In this document: in pieces, positions 52,615-64,000 of the stretch
Position numbering within the stretch: position 1 is the stretch's first letter
Layout of the letters: each line of letters starts with the position of its first letter
Assembly (NCBI GenBank): GCA_010405405.1
Contig: MU004230.1
Span: 1,212,627 to 1,276,626 of the forward strand
Length of the DNA stretch: 64,000 nucleotides
DNA from: Microthyrium microscopicum
Taxonomy: Eukaryota
Direction: 5' to 3'
Position numbers and translations under genes: made by a program
Notes under the pieces: model-generated
Told to the model about the DNA's origin: nothing
What the model saw: the letters and a program-made list of their open reading frames with translations, nothing else
Databases searched by the model: none

Positions 52615-54033
52615 GCAAATTATTGAATATCATCATGGCTCTGGTCAAATAGTGGATCAGCGAGAATCGGTTGGCCTCTGTCCTTAGGGCGTCTTTAAGA
52701 CATGAAGACACGCTCTGATACATCTTGACATCAACAAAGCCAGAATTTCTTGTTTGTATTTTTTCCATTGCGGGTGGCATGGCGTTGGCATGGCTTTGGG
52801 CGGTCCTCTCTCCTTTAATGTTTGAGCGATTGTTGTGTATATAGATGTTACATAGTAGATGCGTTCATTGTAGAACGTGTGGATAATCTACATCATGATC
52901 ATATCTCCTCTTCTTACTCGCCATGAATCGTGATGTCTTACTACCGAGGTATACTACCTCATTAGCCTCTCTATCCAAAGCTTCCTAGGACCTTCTTTTC
53001 ATGAGCCTGTTTGATTGCCAGTGGAGGTGATGGAACGTGAACAAATCGAAGCTTCGGATCGTTGTTGGTAGTACTAACGTTAGGTCTTCAGGATCACTTG
53101 CATGATAATCAAGCATTTTAGCTTTATAGGGGACTTATATGGATGAATCTGAGTTTTGCTCACCAAACTACCAGTCGCTGTGGAAAGTTAAACATGCCTT
53201 CTATCTTCCTTACGCGTTGAGTACCTACTTCTTACTTTAGTGAAATGAAGCTGACTCAACTTGAGCCTGTGAGATCTGACAAAAGTATTGCTTACGAAAT
53301 CTCCGATGATATACTTCAACCGCCCTTCAAGGACGTCTCCCTTGAAGCTTTTAGGTCAGAACACGTAACAATTCTTGAAAATGTCTAGAGAGCTTGAAGT
53401 AGATGTGTTTGTGGCACAACCGCGACTCGTTGACCATTGCGGACGCTATGATTAAAATACTTGGATAATTCGGAGGTGATTAAACGACTTCCGGTCGCCA
53501 CACAAAATTACTACAGATGGGCGAGATTAGAAAAATTTCTTAAGCCAAAGATTACACGTTTGTCGTGACTAGGACTTGATCATTCTAGGTTTGGATCTTC
53601 AGCCTTGTGTTAGGCGCCAAGCCTTTCAGCCTTATCAGAGGCCGCTATTGTTCTGGGCATTCAAATACCGCTTGATTTTACCATTGAGAATAGGCAAAAG
53701 CTCAATTCATGAATCAATACCGAGCGCCGCACTAGAGCTCTAGTCTTGGTGAAGTAAAGTCGGCCCAAGTGAAGGCTATGAAACCCGAGGAGAGTGTTGC
53801 AAGCGAAAGCTCAATTGAGAATGAGTGAGCATTGACTTACAGTCAAGGAAAACATCCTTTGAAGCCATTGAGTTCATAGAATGAGCTTCCCAGTTACATC
53901 CAACGCACAGAGCTGCTGAATTTGGAGCTATAAAGCATTTACTTGCTCATCTTCCAATCTCTTTGACTATCGCCACATCTTTCCTCCATCTTTCCAATTC
54001 ATGCAGCCAACCATCACTCATCTATCACCCGCA

Positions 54034-54682
54034 ATGTCTTCCATTCCGTTCGAGTATGTTGACATATGTCCTTACGACGATTGTATTAACGCAAATCCAG
54101 AGTTCGCTTCCAGCCCTCACGAGTCATCATCGGTCATGTCGGTCTCAATCCCAAGAACCCAGAATTGAAAGCCGGTGAATTGATCTATACCCGCATCGAA
54201 AAGGAGGTGGCAGGCGAAACTATTTTCGGCACTGTCGAGCGCGAACTGCAATCCGGTATTCCTACTGACGAAGAGCTATTGGAGCGTGCAAAGAATCGCC
54301 CACAGGCCCACCGGTAAGAATACTTAAATCTCAACGCAATTTCCATCATTTTGATTAACCCTTTTTTAGACCAATGTACCAGCCAGATCGTATTATCATG
54401 GCTCGCGTCCGTCTCGACTGCGCCGACCCGGCCTACCGCAAAGGCGCAGAGGTCTACTTCAGCGTCGAAGATGACGGAGATGGTGGCCAGATGCTCGGTC
54501 GCCAGGTTGGCTATGAGGATGGCAGCATTGGTGGGTTAAATCCGGAAAAGGTCTTGGAGAATCCAGATGTGTATGAGCTGGCAGTCGACTTGTCCGTCTC
54601 GGACCTGGGAACATTTCAGACCATGGAGGAGCTCAAGCAGGCTGCCGCGGAAGAACAGAAGAAACTCTGTGAGACCCATTAG
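54034..54682 (+). CDS. Small hypothetical protein (181 aa) with an internal tandem duplication; exons 54034-54053, 54101-54313, 54370-54682
   Basis: Two phase-2 GT-AG introns (GTATGT...TTAAC...CAG; GTAAGA...TTAAC...TAG) give one continuous ORF; TATAAA lies ~100 nt upstream; the two halves align. Confidence 0.8.
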
Positions 54683-55114
54683 CTAAGGCGCATATCAGGC
54701 ATGAGCTAGATTTGACACTTGGGCTTTGGTTTATACAACTGAGAAGACTTGATATCCTTCTCTATCATGCTTTCTGTAGCCTTCAGCTAACAGGTAGCTC
54801 AGGCATTTTGTGCTGACAATCAATATATACACTTCAAGTCGTGCAGTTTCTGGTACATGAAGACGTTTTGGAAGTGGAGGATATGTTTCGAGGTAAATCA
54901 TTCCAATTCGGAGCATTTTTGGAAAAAACATTGCATTCATAATGATTTGGGTATCGTAGCTACACTGAAATAACCGATGACAAGCTGAATATTACGCTTG
55001 GGGAGATAACGCAAAAAACAATCTTTAGCGACAACTTGACTCCGTGAAGAGAGAAAATCGAAAGGTCGACCTCAGAGAATATCGACCTCAGAGGATGATT
55101 CCAATTGCAAATTT

Positions 55115-55835
55115 TTAGACTCTATTATCAACGGTCATGGCAGGATCCGCCTTGTTAGAGTGATGGTTCCGCGTGCGGTGGACGTGGAGTGCAGCCATGG
55201 CAGTTGTAGCGGTGAATAGAAGCCTGTAATTCATTAGTTGATGTCCAAACAACATATAGATGAGCGATATGCTTCCAGCTTGCGCATATCAGACCGGACA
55301 ACGAAGTCAGTAGAGCAGCAAAAAGCTCCTCATCCCGCTTCACGTCCTCTTTCCGACAATCACGCAAGCCAGAGGCAGACCTTAATCTCAACAAAAGGAC
55401 AAACTTACCACTCAATAGCGCCAAAAGCAGTCGCTGCAGCCGCAACTTGCGCAGGTGTCCAGTATCTAACACCAATATCTCCCAAAAGTACAGCGAGCGC
55501 AATCCAGCCAGCGAACCAGAAGATACATGTCACAGCCTCAACGCCGAGAATCGCATACTTGTGAGCCGCAGTCTCGAAATGGACAGGCGCAAGTACTAAG
55601 AAGGCAACGGCGAGTAGAGTCCAAGCGGAGCAGAAGATCATGAAATTGACTTCGGAAGGCGAAATGCCAGCATAGCGATAGCCGTTGGCCCAGTGGTTCG
55701 ATGCTGAAGATGCGTTAGTATAGTTTTGTAGTGGATTGCCAGAGTGTGAAGCCTACAGTAAGAGAGGAGAATGAGATCTAGAAGGGCGAAAAAGCCTTGC
55801 GCGATGCGCAGAGGGAGAGCGAATCCGTATGCCAT
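55115..55835 (-). CDS. MARVEL-domain (membrane-associating) four-TM protein, three exons
   Basis: LRIAQGFFALLDLILLSY, SPSEVNFMIFCSAW, GVEAVTCIFWFAGWIALA, AATAFGAIEW|LLFTAT; four hydrophobic helices. Confidence 0.85.
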
Positions 55836-57105
55836 TTTTTCGGATATGCGATGCGTAGTGAAATGAGAATGAGGATGGACGACAAGAGGCTATTCGAATT
55901 GAGATAGCTTAAGCTGTTGCCTGTGGCGGATGTGATGAGAGCCGGGCGTTTGCTAAGAAGAGGGTTTGGGAGATTATGACTGGGGAGAGAAAGGGCAAAT
56001 GGGGACAAGAGATATAAGAAACAGATTTGGGTGAGCACTGAGCAGGCAGTGGTGAAAATCTTGGTCGTGAGCCTATGGAGTTGATGGGGGTTAGACAGCG
56101 TGCGAACAGACGTTAAAGCCCGGCTAAGTAGTGGGTGGTTAATATCTGATCATGTTGACGAGAGCGGTGGTTCAGTGGTCGTTACTCGCTGTTGGACGAC
56201 GACTGGACGATTGCGGTTGCATCCCTGGTCCTGCGGTCCCATGGATAAACCCGTTGACTACGTCAGATGTTTCTGGCAACATCCTGTCACTGAAGAAGCT
56301 TGTTGTACGCCCTGTCAACCCCGAAACAGCTCGAGTTCGATGGAGATCCGTCTAGCCTATGCTAAGCGCCTTATAAGAACAAAGGACATTGCGACTAAAA
56401 GATGCTACTACAACTTCACTTGAACAAAGAAAGAACTCCTTGCCCTCCATTCTACGAGCGAGCTTTATGTGCTATTCCGCGGCTTCTTCTTGAGCCTCAT
56501 ATCTTTATACTAGGCCATGGATTATACCCTACGGCGCGTCAGACCGCAAAATGCTTAGAGGAGCGCGAATATATGGCAACAGGCATCCCCTCTACTCCAA
56601 GCTCCTTGCATAAATTGCTTGAGCAAGAAATCAAGCAAATCTCGACAAGAGGGACAATGCGTCTGAAAGCATCTGACCAGCCACCCTAGTTTACATCCGT
56701 GAAATGCGCTGTTTCCGTCCAATAGGTGGGCAAGAAAATGGGAGCATTCTTTTCCAAGTCATGATGTGTGACGTCAATTACTGCCAGATGCCGTACTTTT
56801 AGCGTGATGCTAAGGTGCCACGCGGAGAATATCTGTACGCCACGCGGGTCGCTAGTTAGCTCGCTTGCCCACGCCCCTCTAAGCTCTAGCGTGTTTAGTC
56901 AACCGTTGAGTCGATCTCGAATCGGATATTTCTCCGATCTCTTGATTCTGTGCTGGTTATTTCTTTCAAACATTAAATTATCAACATCTTCAAGCAAAAA
57001 GCTGTACATTACTGCTCAAGATAAAACCAGTCATGTCGTAAAAGACTAGAATCTGTGCTATTGATTACTGATATACCTAGTAACGCGAAAACAATGATTC
57101 TTCGA

Positions 57106-58149
57106 TCAATGAAATCCATTAGCTGCTCCGCTAGCAGTCTTCCTCTTTCTAGTAGGAAACTTGATGCGTTGGTCTTTGCCAGTGTCCTTGACGACAGCGG
57201 CCTTCCTAGAGCTGGGCTTGGTTTGAAGATCAACCGGAGCGAACAAGGACTCCTGTTGAGGTTCATCTCTATCATCGTTCCACTGATCTTCTACAGTTTC
57301 GCCCTCTGGATCGTAGTTGATTCGCTTGTCATGGCCATATTTGAACTGGAGCTTAATCGGATTCGAACTATCTTCTGCGTCAAGTCCTTCGGTGGTGGTG
57401 TCCTGGTCTTCACTATGGAACCAGGCGGAGACTGTATCGGCGCCTGGAATCTTCAAGCTTCCCTTTCCTGGAAGCCAGACGTTCTTGGCCCTGGACACTG
57501 CCTCCCATCTGATCTCGACAGTTCCATCTTCTGTAGTAACTTCCTTCTTCCTAAACAGAATGGGCTGGGCTGGTATGCTGTTGACGAAACCAACCGCTCC
57601 GGTAGAAGGAGCGCTCTTTTTCGAGAGTTTCAGGTCCCAACCATCCTCACCGGTCAATACGAGCTCATAGGCTTTTCCTGGGTCGATGGGTACTGCATCC
57701 GAAACGTATGGATTGTCAGCCTTCAAGTCTACGAGCAAGTTGTTAGCCAAGTCCTCCATAGGAGACATCTTTCTTTGCGGTCACAAAACGTACCGACGCC
57801 AAAGTCTGTAAATAGTTGCTCCTCCTCTTGTAGGAATGCCCAACCCAGCATGTAGATTGATGACTCCTCGCTCGTCCAAGAGGCTTCAATGTCAACTCCA
57901 TTGAAGGCCGCAGTGCTACCCTCCTCGGAGTCCGGGTCAGGAAGCTCTGAGACGATTGTCAGATATACCAATGTTATAGGAAGTTTTCTCAGAGGCTCAA
58001 ATACCTGGCAGGTCTACCGGATCCCAATGTGGGAGCTGGGTCAAGACTCCATTCTTTTCATTTCCAAGAATGAGTTTATAATTTCCGTCCACGAGCGTTT
58101 GTAGTGTGTCGAGAGTGACAGTGACAGAGAGTGTATAGTCACGAGACAT
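57106..58149 (-). CDS. Hypothetical acidic, probably beta-rich protein, three exons (introns 57947-58004 and 57729-57793)
   Basis: Two phase-1 introns with CTGAC/GCTAAC branch points join ORFs 57997-58314, 57729-57971 and 57106-57768 in frame; no signal peptide; basic tail RKRK. Confidence 0.7.
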
Positions 58150-60111
58150 CCTGGAAGATGCTTTGGAATTCATTTTGGAAGATGTTGAGAGGCTTTGCCA
58201 GTGGCCTTCTCCAAGATGTAAAGGCAAGTCTGAGAATTCTTCATATACATGTTCATCTGGCCGATTCTTGGCGTCAACCAGCCTGGCCAGTGTCGCCTCT
58301 ATGAGTCTATGCACAGTCTAGACGCACAGAAGTCTTCAGCTTTGCTGCATAACGCAAGTATGAAGTCCCCCTCGCGTCTAGTAGTCTTCATTATCTATGA
58401 TCATGTTGCTGTTATCAACTCTGCAGGCTTCGGGTGCAGGAGAGCGGGCTAGCTGAGAAACAGCCAGTGCGCGGGCGCTTCTTATTTTCGGCTGCCATTG
58501 TGCATACGGTGTCATTGAGAAGCTGCGACACTTCCTTGCAAGTCACATCTGAGATATATTTTCGGTGTTCTAGCCCTCCAGCTGAAAGTCCCAGCCTTCA
58601 GCCTCCAGATAGACCAGTGAACTGAGCCGACGAATCATGCAGAGTGGGTGCAAAAGAGCAATGATGCAGCTAGAAAAGTTGCTTATTTTGGATGGCACTG
58701 CTGAAAGAGGAGGCGATGCGTTGTGCATGAACGAAATCCAATCTTGATGGCAATTACCAAAGGGTTCTAGAACTGGGGTTGTCAGCCTTATGGCAGGATG
58801 ATGTGGCTCTTCATGCAAAGATCACGCCACAACTACCCAGATTAATCTGTCGAGATCGGTGATGAATCTGCATTGTAGCTCTACAGGGTCAATCATATCT
58901 TATGCATGTCAGTAGATAGCGAAGACATTCTTCAGTGCGAATGTGGCCAGAAAAGATGAATGACCCGCATCACTATATTGCACCGAAAATGATAGGCAAG
59001 CTTTTTCAAGCTTCACTCTTGTTCTAAGCAAGATATCTTGATAAAAGCTTGAACAACTTGGCCAAAGTCTTCACTGACTTGGGCAATTGTAGAATCACCG
59101 GGGAATGCTTACAATAGGATGATATGCCATGCGCGGTCCAGATCACATTGCTCTAGACCGTCCAGCTTCAGCCCTATATCTCCGCCCTACGGGACGTCCC
59201 GTGGTTGTTCAATCAGAATTCAGCTCAGATTGTTCAGCTGCTGCACCTGCATATCATCACATCCAATGAAGATAGCGTTTGGAGCTAACCACGGCACAAC
59301 CAAAACACTGGGTACGCTTTCGATCCATATTGGGATGAGGGCTATGTACGATGCCTTCAGCTCGCTTAATTGCATCGAACTATCACCTTGGACGATATCA
59401 GCAGGATGCAGACCAGGCGAGGTAAATGAATTTGCATGATCAGGCCTTCGAGAAATCATGTGGTGTATTGTAGAATGTCGTTGTAGAACTGTCTTGACCA
59501 AACGAATACACTGAGAAGAACCTGCAGCTTAATCTGGACAAGATTCTCGCAAAAAAAGTTCTATATCAGATGAGATTTCGTTCAGATCTTGTACAGAATG
59601 ATTGTAAGTCTTCGCTGATTGGTTGCTTCGATTTGTTCCATTGATCTGATTGGTGGTCAGGTCAGATCTACAAGGCTGAAAATCACACTCATAGGTGTTA
59701 CTTGAGAACTTTGTCCAGCCCCCGTGAAGTATGTTTGTCTTGAGACGCAAACTAAAGCGATAGACAGAAATGATATCCAGTGAGCATTTTAGCTTTAACA
59801 GTTCAAGCCTTTTGCAAAGGTTCAGCATGATCCATGGATGATGGACGGGCATAAGTAATGCCCACGCTTCCTGATTTTCTAAAACCAAGGTTCCAACACA
59901 TGGTCTACAGCGAAATACCTGATCAGGTTAAAATCGCGATCCAAGTGTTTCCATCGCTCTCTCAGCAAGAAATCGCCAGTCCACAGAGCGCACGCAAGAA
60001 TTTGGGCCAACTCAATTGAATTCAGACTACTACTCCCCGCGTAGTATTGATGAAGGATATTTTATATACAAAAAGCCCAAAGCGGCCGCACAGGCATGTC
60101 GCTACATCCGC

Positions 60112-60991
60112 CTAGGAGCTTCCAGCAGGACACAATCCAAAGCTTGGATTGCAACCTGTCGAGCAAGCTCTCTTCTTTCCACATACTCCACGGCGCGAAC
60201 AGCAGTTGCCGAATTGGCTGCCATTACAGGTTGCGCCAGTGGATCCGCCACACTTTCCATCGGTGCTAACCTTCAACTCGCCCTTGTGGCTTGAGGCAGG
60301 CGCAGCGGGTACTGTGGCCGTCGGCGCTTTGGAAGTAGGGACTTTGGGGACGAGGGTCGTGGGTGCGGCGGGCGCGGCGGATACAGATGGGGCGGCTGAT
60401 ACGGCTGGAGCAGCGGGGGATGAGCCGCCTGCACATGCGTTTGCGAGAACATTTGTTGGGAAGGTATGCTGGGTGTTGCACTGTCCGCTGGAGAACAGAT
60501 CGGCGGCTGTAGACTGTTAGTTTGGGAAAGATATGTGGCAAGGTGCGATACATACAATTGACTTCGAGGTTGTTGGGAGGGTTGATGACGAGTGGATGGT
60601 CGGCTTTATCACCACCGGTAAGACTCAATTCGCACTCGGAGAGTCCTGCGCCAGCATCTCCATTGTTTGGGCCAGTCCAGACATCGACCCAGTCACCCGT
60701 GCAAGCAGCGCAGGTATCCTCGAGTCGTAGGTATTTCTTCAAATATGGAGCATACACTACTTGGCAGTTTGTGAATCGTCCCTTTTCAGCAGCCATGGTA
60801 AGAGGGTCGTCGAAAGTACCAGTACCTCCAGCAACGTTGTTGCGTCCTCCGCAGTTCATCGCAGTGTCTGCGCTGGGTGGGTCATTATCTGGCCAGGCAT
60901 AGAACGTCATTTGGAAGTTTGATGCTGCTTGGCATTGGGCATAGGCTGAAAACGCAAAAGAGGCTGCGGCGATGGCAAGAGTTCTGATCAT
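60112..60991 (-). CDS. Secreted protein (276 aa): DPBB/3D-like domain, Ala/Pro/Ser/Thr linker, C-terminal hevein (CBM18)-like domain; intron 60507-60555
   Basis: Signal peptide MIRTLAIAAASFAFSAYA; TFYAWPDNDPP, AGGTGTFDDPLTMA, YAPYLKKY..LEDTC..C...WVDVW; eight-Cys STDGKCGG...TC...GNCCSRRGVCG...C..GC...FGLC. Confidence 0.85.
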
Positions 60992-62794
60992 TGTGGCGAG
61001 TTTCGTGCTGGGTGTTCGTAGTAAGCGAGTGTTATGTAACTTGTTCAAGTCAAAAGTTTCAAAGCCAAAGGAGGAGTTGATATCAAATCAAGTTTGATTG
61101 AAATAGAAGTGAAAGAATGTATCAAATGAATGTGAGTGCCTTCAAGGTCAACGAACTAGAATTTCAAAAATGGGGCAGAAGCATAGTCTTATTTACATCT
61201 TCGTAGATCGTATGTGCCAAGGTGTGCATCGATCAGGGGCCAACATACGGAGTGATGGCGTTGGCATAATTAGCTAACATTTATGTGGCTTTATCTTTTT
61301 CTCAAAACTTACGAGGGGGTTGACATGCACTGCTTGCGGAGTACACAAGTCAGCTCCACATAGTGCTGTTGCGAGACATAATATCGGATGTTTCCGTATA
61401 TGTATGTTCGTATGCTTATGTTGTACGTTTCATAAAACGATTTCACTATGCCACAGGTGAGTCTCATTATTGAACGACACTTTGCGAACAGTTCTAAGCT
61501 TCAGTCTAGAAAAGCTGTCGTGACACAACTTTCAGTAAAGGAACTTAAAAGCTCCGAGTATTCAATTAGCGCCCAAGCTCCATCTGAAGTAGGATAATTT
61601 CCTCCAACAAGTTGGTTGAATCACCCAAGCTCTTTGGCTGTCAAAAAGCTAGGACGATTTCAAGGTTAAAAAAGCAGGCCTGTAGAAGTAAGGCTGTAAC
61701 CGCTGTATCAACAAATCCAACATAATGCGAATTTTTCGACTTCTGTGTCCCTTGCATACAGTTCATTGCAAAACAACCCGAATTACCATCTTCGTCGCAA
61801 ATGCTTGCATCTAAATCCTCAACAAATATCACACTTGGCACACAAGACAGCCAAATCACGATTCCCTAGCCAACGCTTTGCCAATACCTGCTCATCCCCT
61901 CCTTAAAAACCACATCGTGAAAATTAGCTCAGAAAGTATGCTTGATGGCTGGAATAGTGGGGTCTGGATCTTACAAGCCAGCAACTTGGCAGACGTAGGG
62001 AGGATGATGAGGCGTAGCGTCGCTTGGGCCTGAATGTTGGGGAAATTATCCACCCCTGAGGCGAGATGCAGTGATGGACCGTTTTGGCTTTTTGCCTTCC
62101 CTGTTGGGCGAAGAATATTCGGGGAAATTTAATGCACGTGTGGAGGCTCAGACAAACCCTTGGGTTGCGATTATTTGTGACACATTTTATGATGAACCAG
62201 TTTGCGAGGATGAAGTTTAGTAACAATAATGATCGAGGGTCAAACATGAAGTTCTTAGAAGGTGTACTGCCCTTGCATGTTACATGACAGTACAGATATA
62301 TCTGGGATATGTATTTTCGGCGATTCATGGCATGATAGTCTTGACGTCTGTGGCTATAAAACTATAAAATGGTTCAGGTGGCAATCACTATTTTATACCA
62401 CGTACGGAGCACTCTGTTACCTTTGTGCTACCTATTTCAAAGCCAATCAAGCTTGATTCAGAACATGTCGTAAAGCTGCTCGAAGTCGATTCGGATGACA
62501 GGAATTTAATACATGGACACACAGCATATGAAAACTTATACCGAACACCCATGGATTATCCCCACATGTGATCGAAGATGTTTCGAAACAAGTTAATTAT
62601 GGCGATGGTTCGTAGATCTCATCGATTTCATTGATGGAAAAAAAGTCTAAAAGTAATCAAGTAGTCATTGAATCAAGCATGAAGAAACCTTGATATAAGC
62701 ATATTCAAAGCCCCAAAAAAAACACAAAAAAAAATCTCGAAACACATCATCGAAAACCAACCAAAAAAAATCACACACATCAAAAAGGATATTC

Positions 62795-62866
62795 TAGCGA
62801 TGAGTGGTTTCGATCCACTGACCTCCGGGTTATGAGCCCGGCGCTCTTCCCCTGAGCTACATCGCT
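62795..62866 (-). tRNA. Initiator tRNA-Met (CAT), intronless
   Basis: AGCGATG...CATCGCTA acceptor stem with A1:U72; CCGGG/CCCGG anticodon stem around CTCATAA; initiator-type T loop GATCGAAAC; oligo-T Pol III terminator ~10 nt downstream. Confidence 0.96.
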
Positions 62867-63771
62867 TTAAGCCTAGTGCAAGACCTTTTGGTGATAAATT
62901 TGAACTTCAAATTAACACAATTATCCACAAAGCAGATGTCAAAAATTGCTTGATTTGCGAATATATAATGTACCCTGGCTTCTGCCCAAATTCGCCCAGT
63001 CTACCTGCTTTAACGATCTTGATTCTATTTTCACGTTTTGTTTCTAGCCAGCCATCTTTCTACAGTAATAAATCTATAACATAATAATTGGTACTTTCTG
63101 AAAGATCAACTATTCATATCGCGGTCATACTACTTGTCATCACGAACCGATGCAAGCGTTTATATGATGAGAAAATAATGAAGCAATATTTCTGCAGATA
63201 TTGTTCATACATCTGCACATTCAAAATGTTTGGAAAGAGTAACATGGATTATGCTGATAAGATGTGACTCAGAGATAGAAATTGCTGCGCTTGCCCGTTG
63301 GCTATTTCGGCAGGGTGAGGTATTATGCCTGGGACCGCGGGTAATTAATCTATTACCCGACCACGTTCTAACTTCCTACTATCAACTTCACCTCCAACGA
63401 TAAAGACTTGCCGACCAAATGTCTTATTTTGTTCAGAAACCTCAAGCTGTTGTACTGGTTGTTGAGCCTGTCGGAAGTGTAAAGTACACGCATCCAAGAC
63501 CAACAATGTTAGACTAGCAGATAACTTTCCAAGGTTGAAGAACATCATGAATGGTATTGGGGAGAAGTCGGTATAGCCGCAACTCTAAATAGACACTATT
63601 GACACAAATAATCATCAAAGCTCGAGGTATGTTCTCACAGGAAGAAATACCAAACAAGCAAATGATCCAAAAAACTCCTGACAATGAACCCTGAATGCAC
63701 ATCTGGACTACTAATACACTAGATCCGCTCTCCCATAGCAGGGTAACGATATCAGCACCCCTTTTGGAGCA

Positions 63772-64000
63772 TTACATTACAATGTTCTCAATGCAACCAA
63801 AATTCTGGTCGACACCAGCTGGCTTCCACATATCATTTCCGAAGCTGAAGATGACAGTCTTGTCACCGACCTTGTTGATAATATCGGCAATGGCAGCGTT
63901 CTGAGCTTCTGGGCTAGCGACTGAAGCACCGTTGGATGGACCACCCATAGGCCAGCCAGATTCCAAGTTGTAGGCAGTCTTTCCGGGGCAGAATCCGGAC
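63772..64000 (-). CDS. 3' end of a GH17 cell-wall beta-1,3-glucanase/transglucosylase (Scw4/Scw11/BtgE-like), truncated by the window end
   Basis: CPGKTAYNLESGWP (nucleophile Glu), NGASVAS.EAQ..AI, FSFGNDMWK, VDQNFG. Confidence 0.82.
   Translation of the reverse strand, partial: SGFCPGKTAYNLESGWPMGGPSNGASVASPEAQNAAIADIINKVGDKTVIFSFGNDMWKPAGVDQNFGCIENIVM

Noticed and set aside
55224..55408. Relatively long (~185 nt) MARVEL intron with GCTTGCG/CGCAAGC inverted repeat and CTGA motifs; considered as an intronic snoRNA or stwintron
   Set aside because: C box is poor (GTGATTG), stem geometry is non-canonical, and no nested splice event rebuilds a donor site.
57055..57855. 266-aa plus-strand ORF
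   Set aside because: Non-ATG start and antisense to a spliced minus-strand gene with good intron signals; most likely a shadow ORF.
58400..59900. Scattered 80-120 aa ORFs that might be a pseudogene or TE relic
   Set aside because: No consistent frame, splice pattern or transposase/RT motif could be assembled.
62711..62786. A-rich runs next to the tRNA gene
   Set aside because: These are oligo-T Pol III terminator tracts on the tRNA strand, not a retroelement poly(A) tail; no target-site duplication seen.

Overview
Eukaryotic DNA from a filamentous ascomycete (Pezizomycotina-like). Genes are split by short (mostly ~45-75 nt) GT-AG introns with CTRAC/CTAAC branch points, so the ORF track fragments most genes; the exons below were spliced by eye. 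Conserved genes: SDH1, RPL3, PP2A B55 (CDC55), a Yea4-type UDP-GlcNAc transporter, a Zn2Cys6 factor, HapB/Hap2, an Msb1/Mug8-like protein, a Wss1-type WLM protease head-to-head with a Rad53/Chk2-type kinase, a MARVEL protein, initiator tRNA-Met and the 3' end of a GH17 glucanase. Main accessory signals: (1) a tandem trio of diverged paralogues at 12-15.7 kb that share one intron position and a degenerate nucleotidyltransferase-like motif, two of them with N-myristoylation/palmitoylation signals; (2) a compact four-gene candidate catabolic cluster at 38.7-46.1 kb (MFS permease, Dsd1-like PLP/Zn enzyme, Zn2Cys6 regulator, haloacid-dehalogenase-like HAD) with a repeated CCGG-core motif and GATA sites in a shared promoter; (3) a small orphan gene built by exon duplication at 54 kb; (4) a secreted DPBB/3D-like protein fused to a hevein domain lacking its sugar-stacking aromatics at 60-61 kb. 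No CRISPR, rRNA or recognisable transposon was seen. Family assignments come from motif recognition only; no database searches were run.
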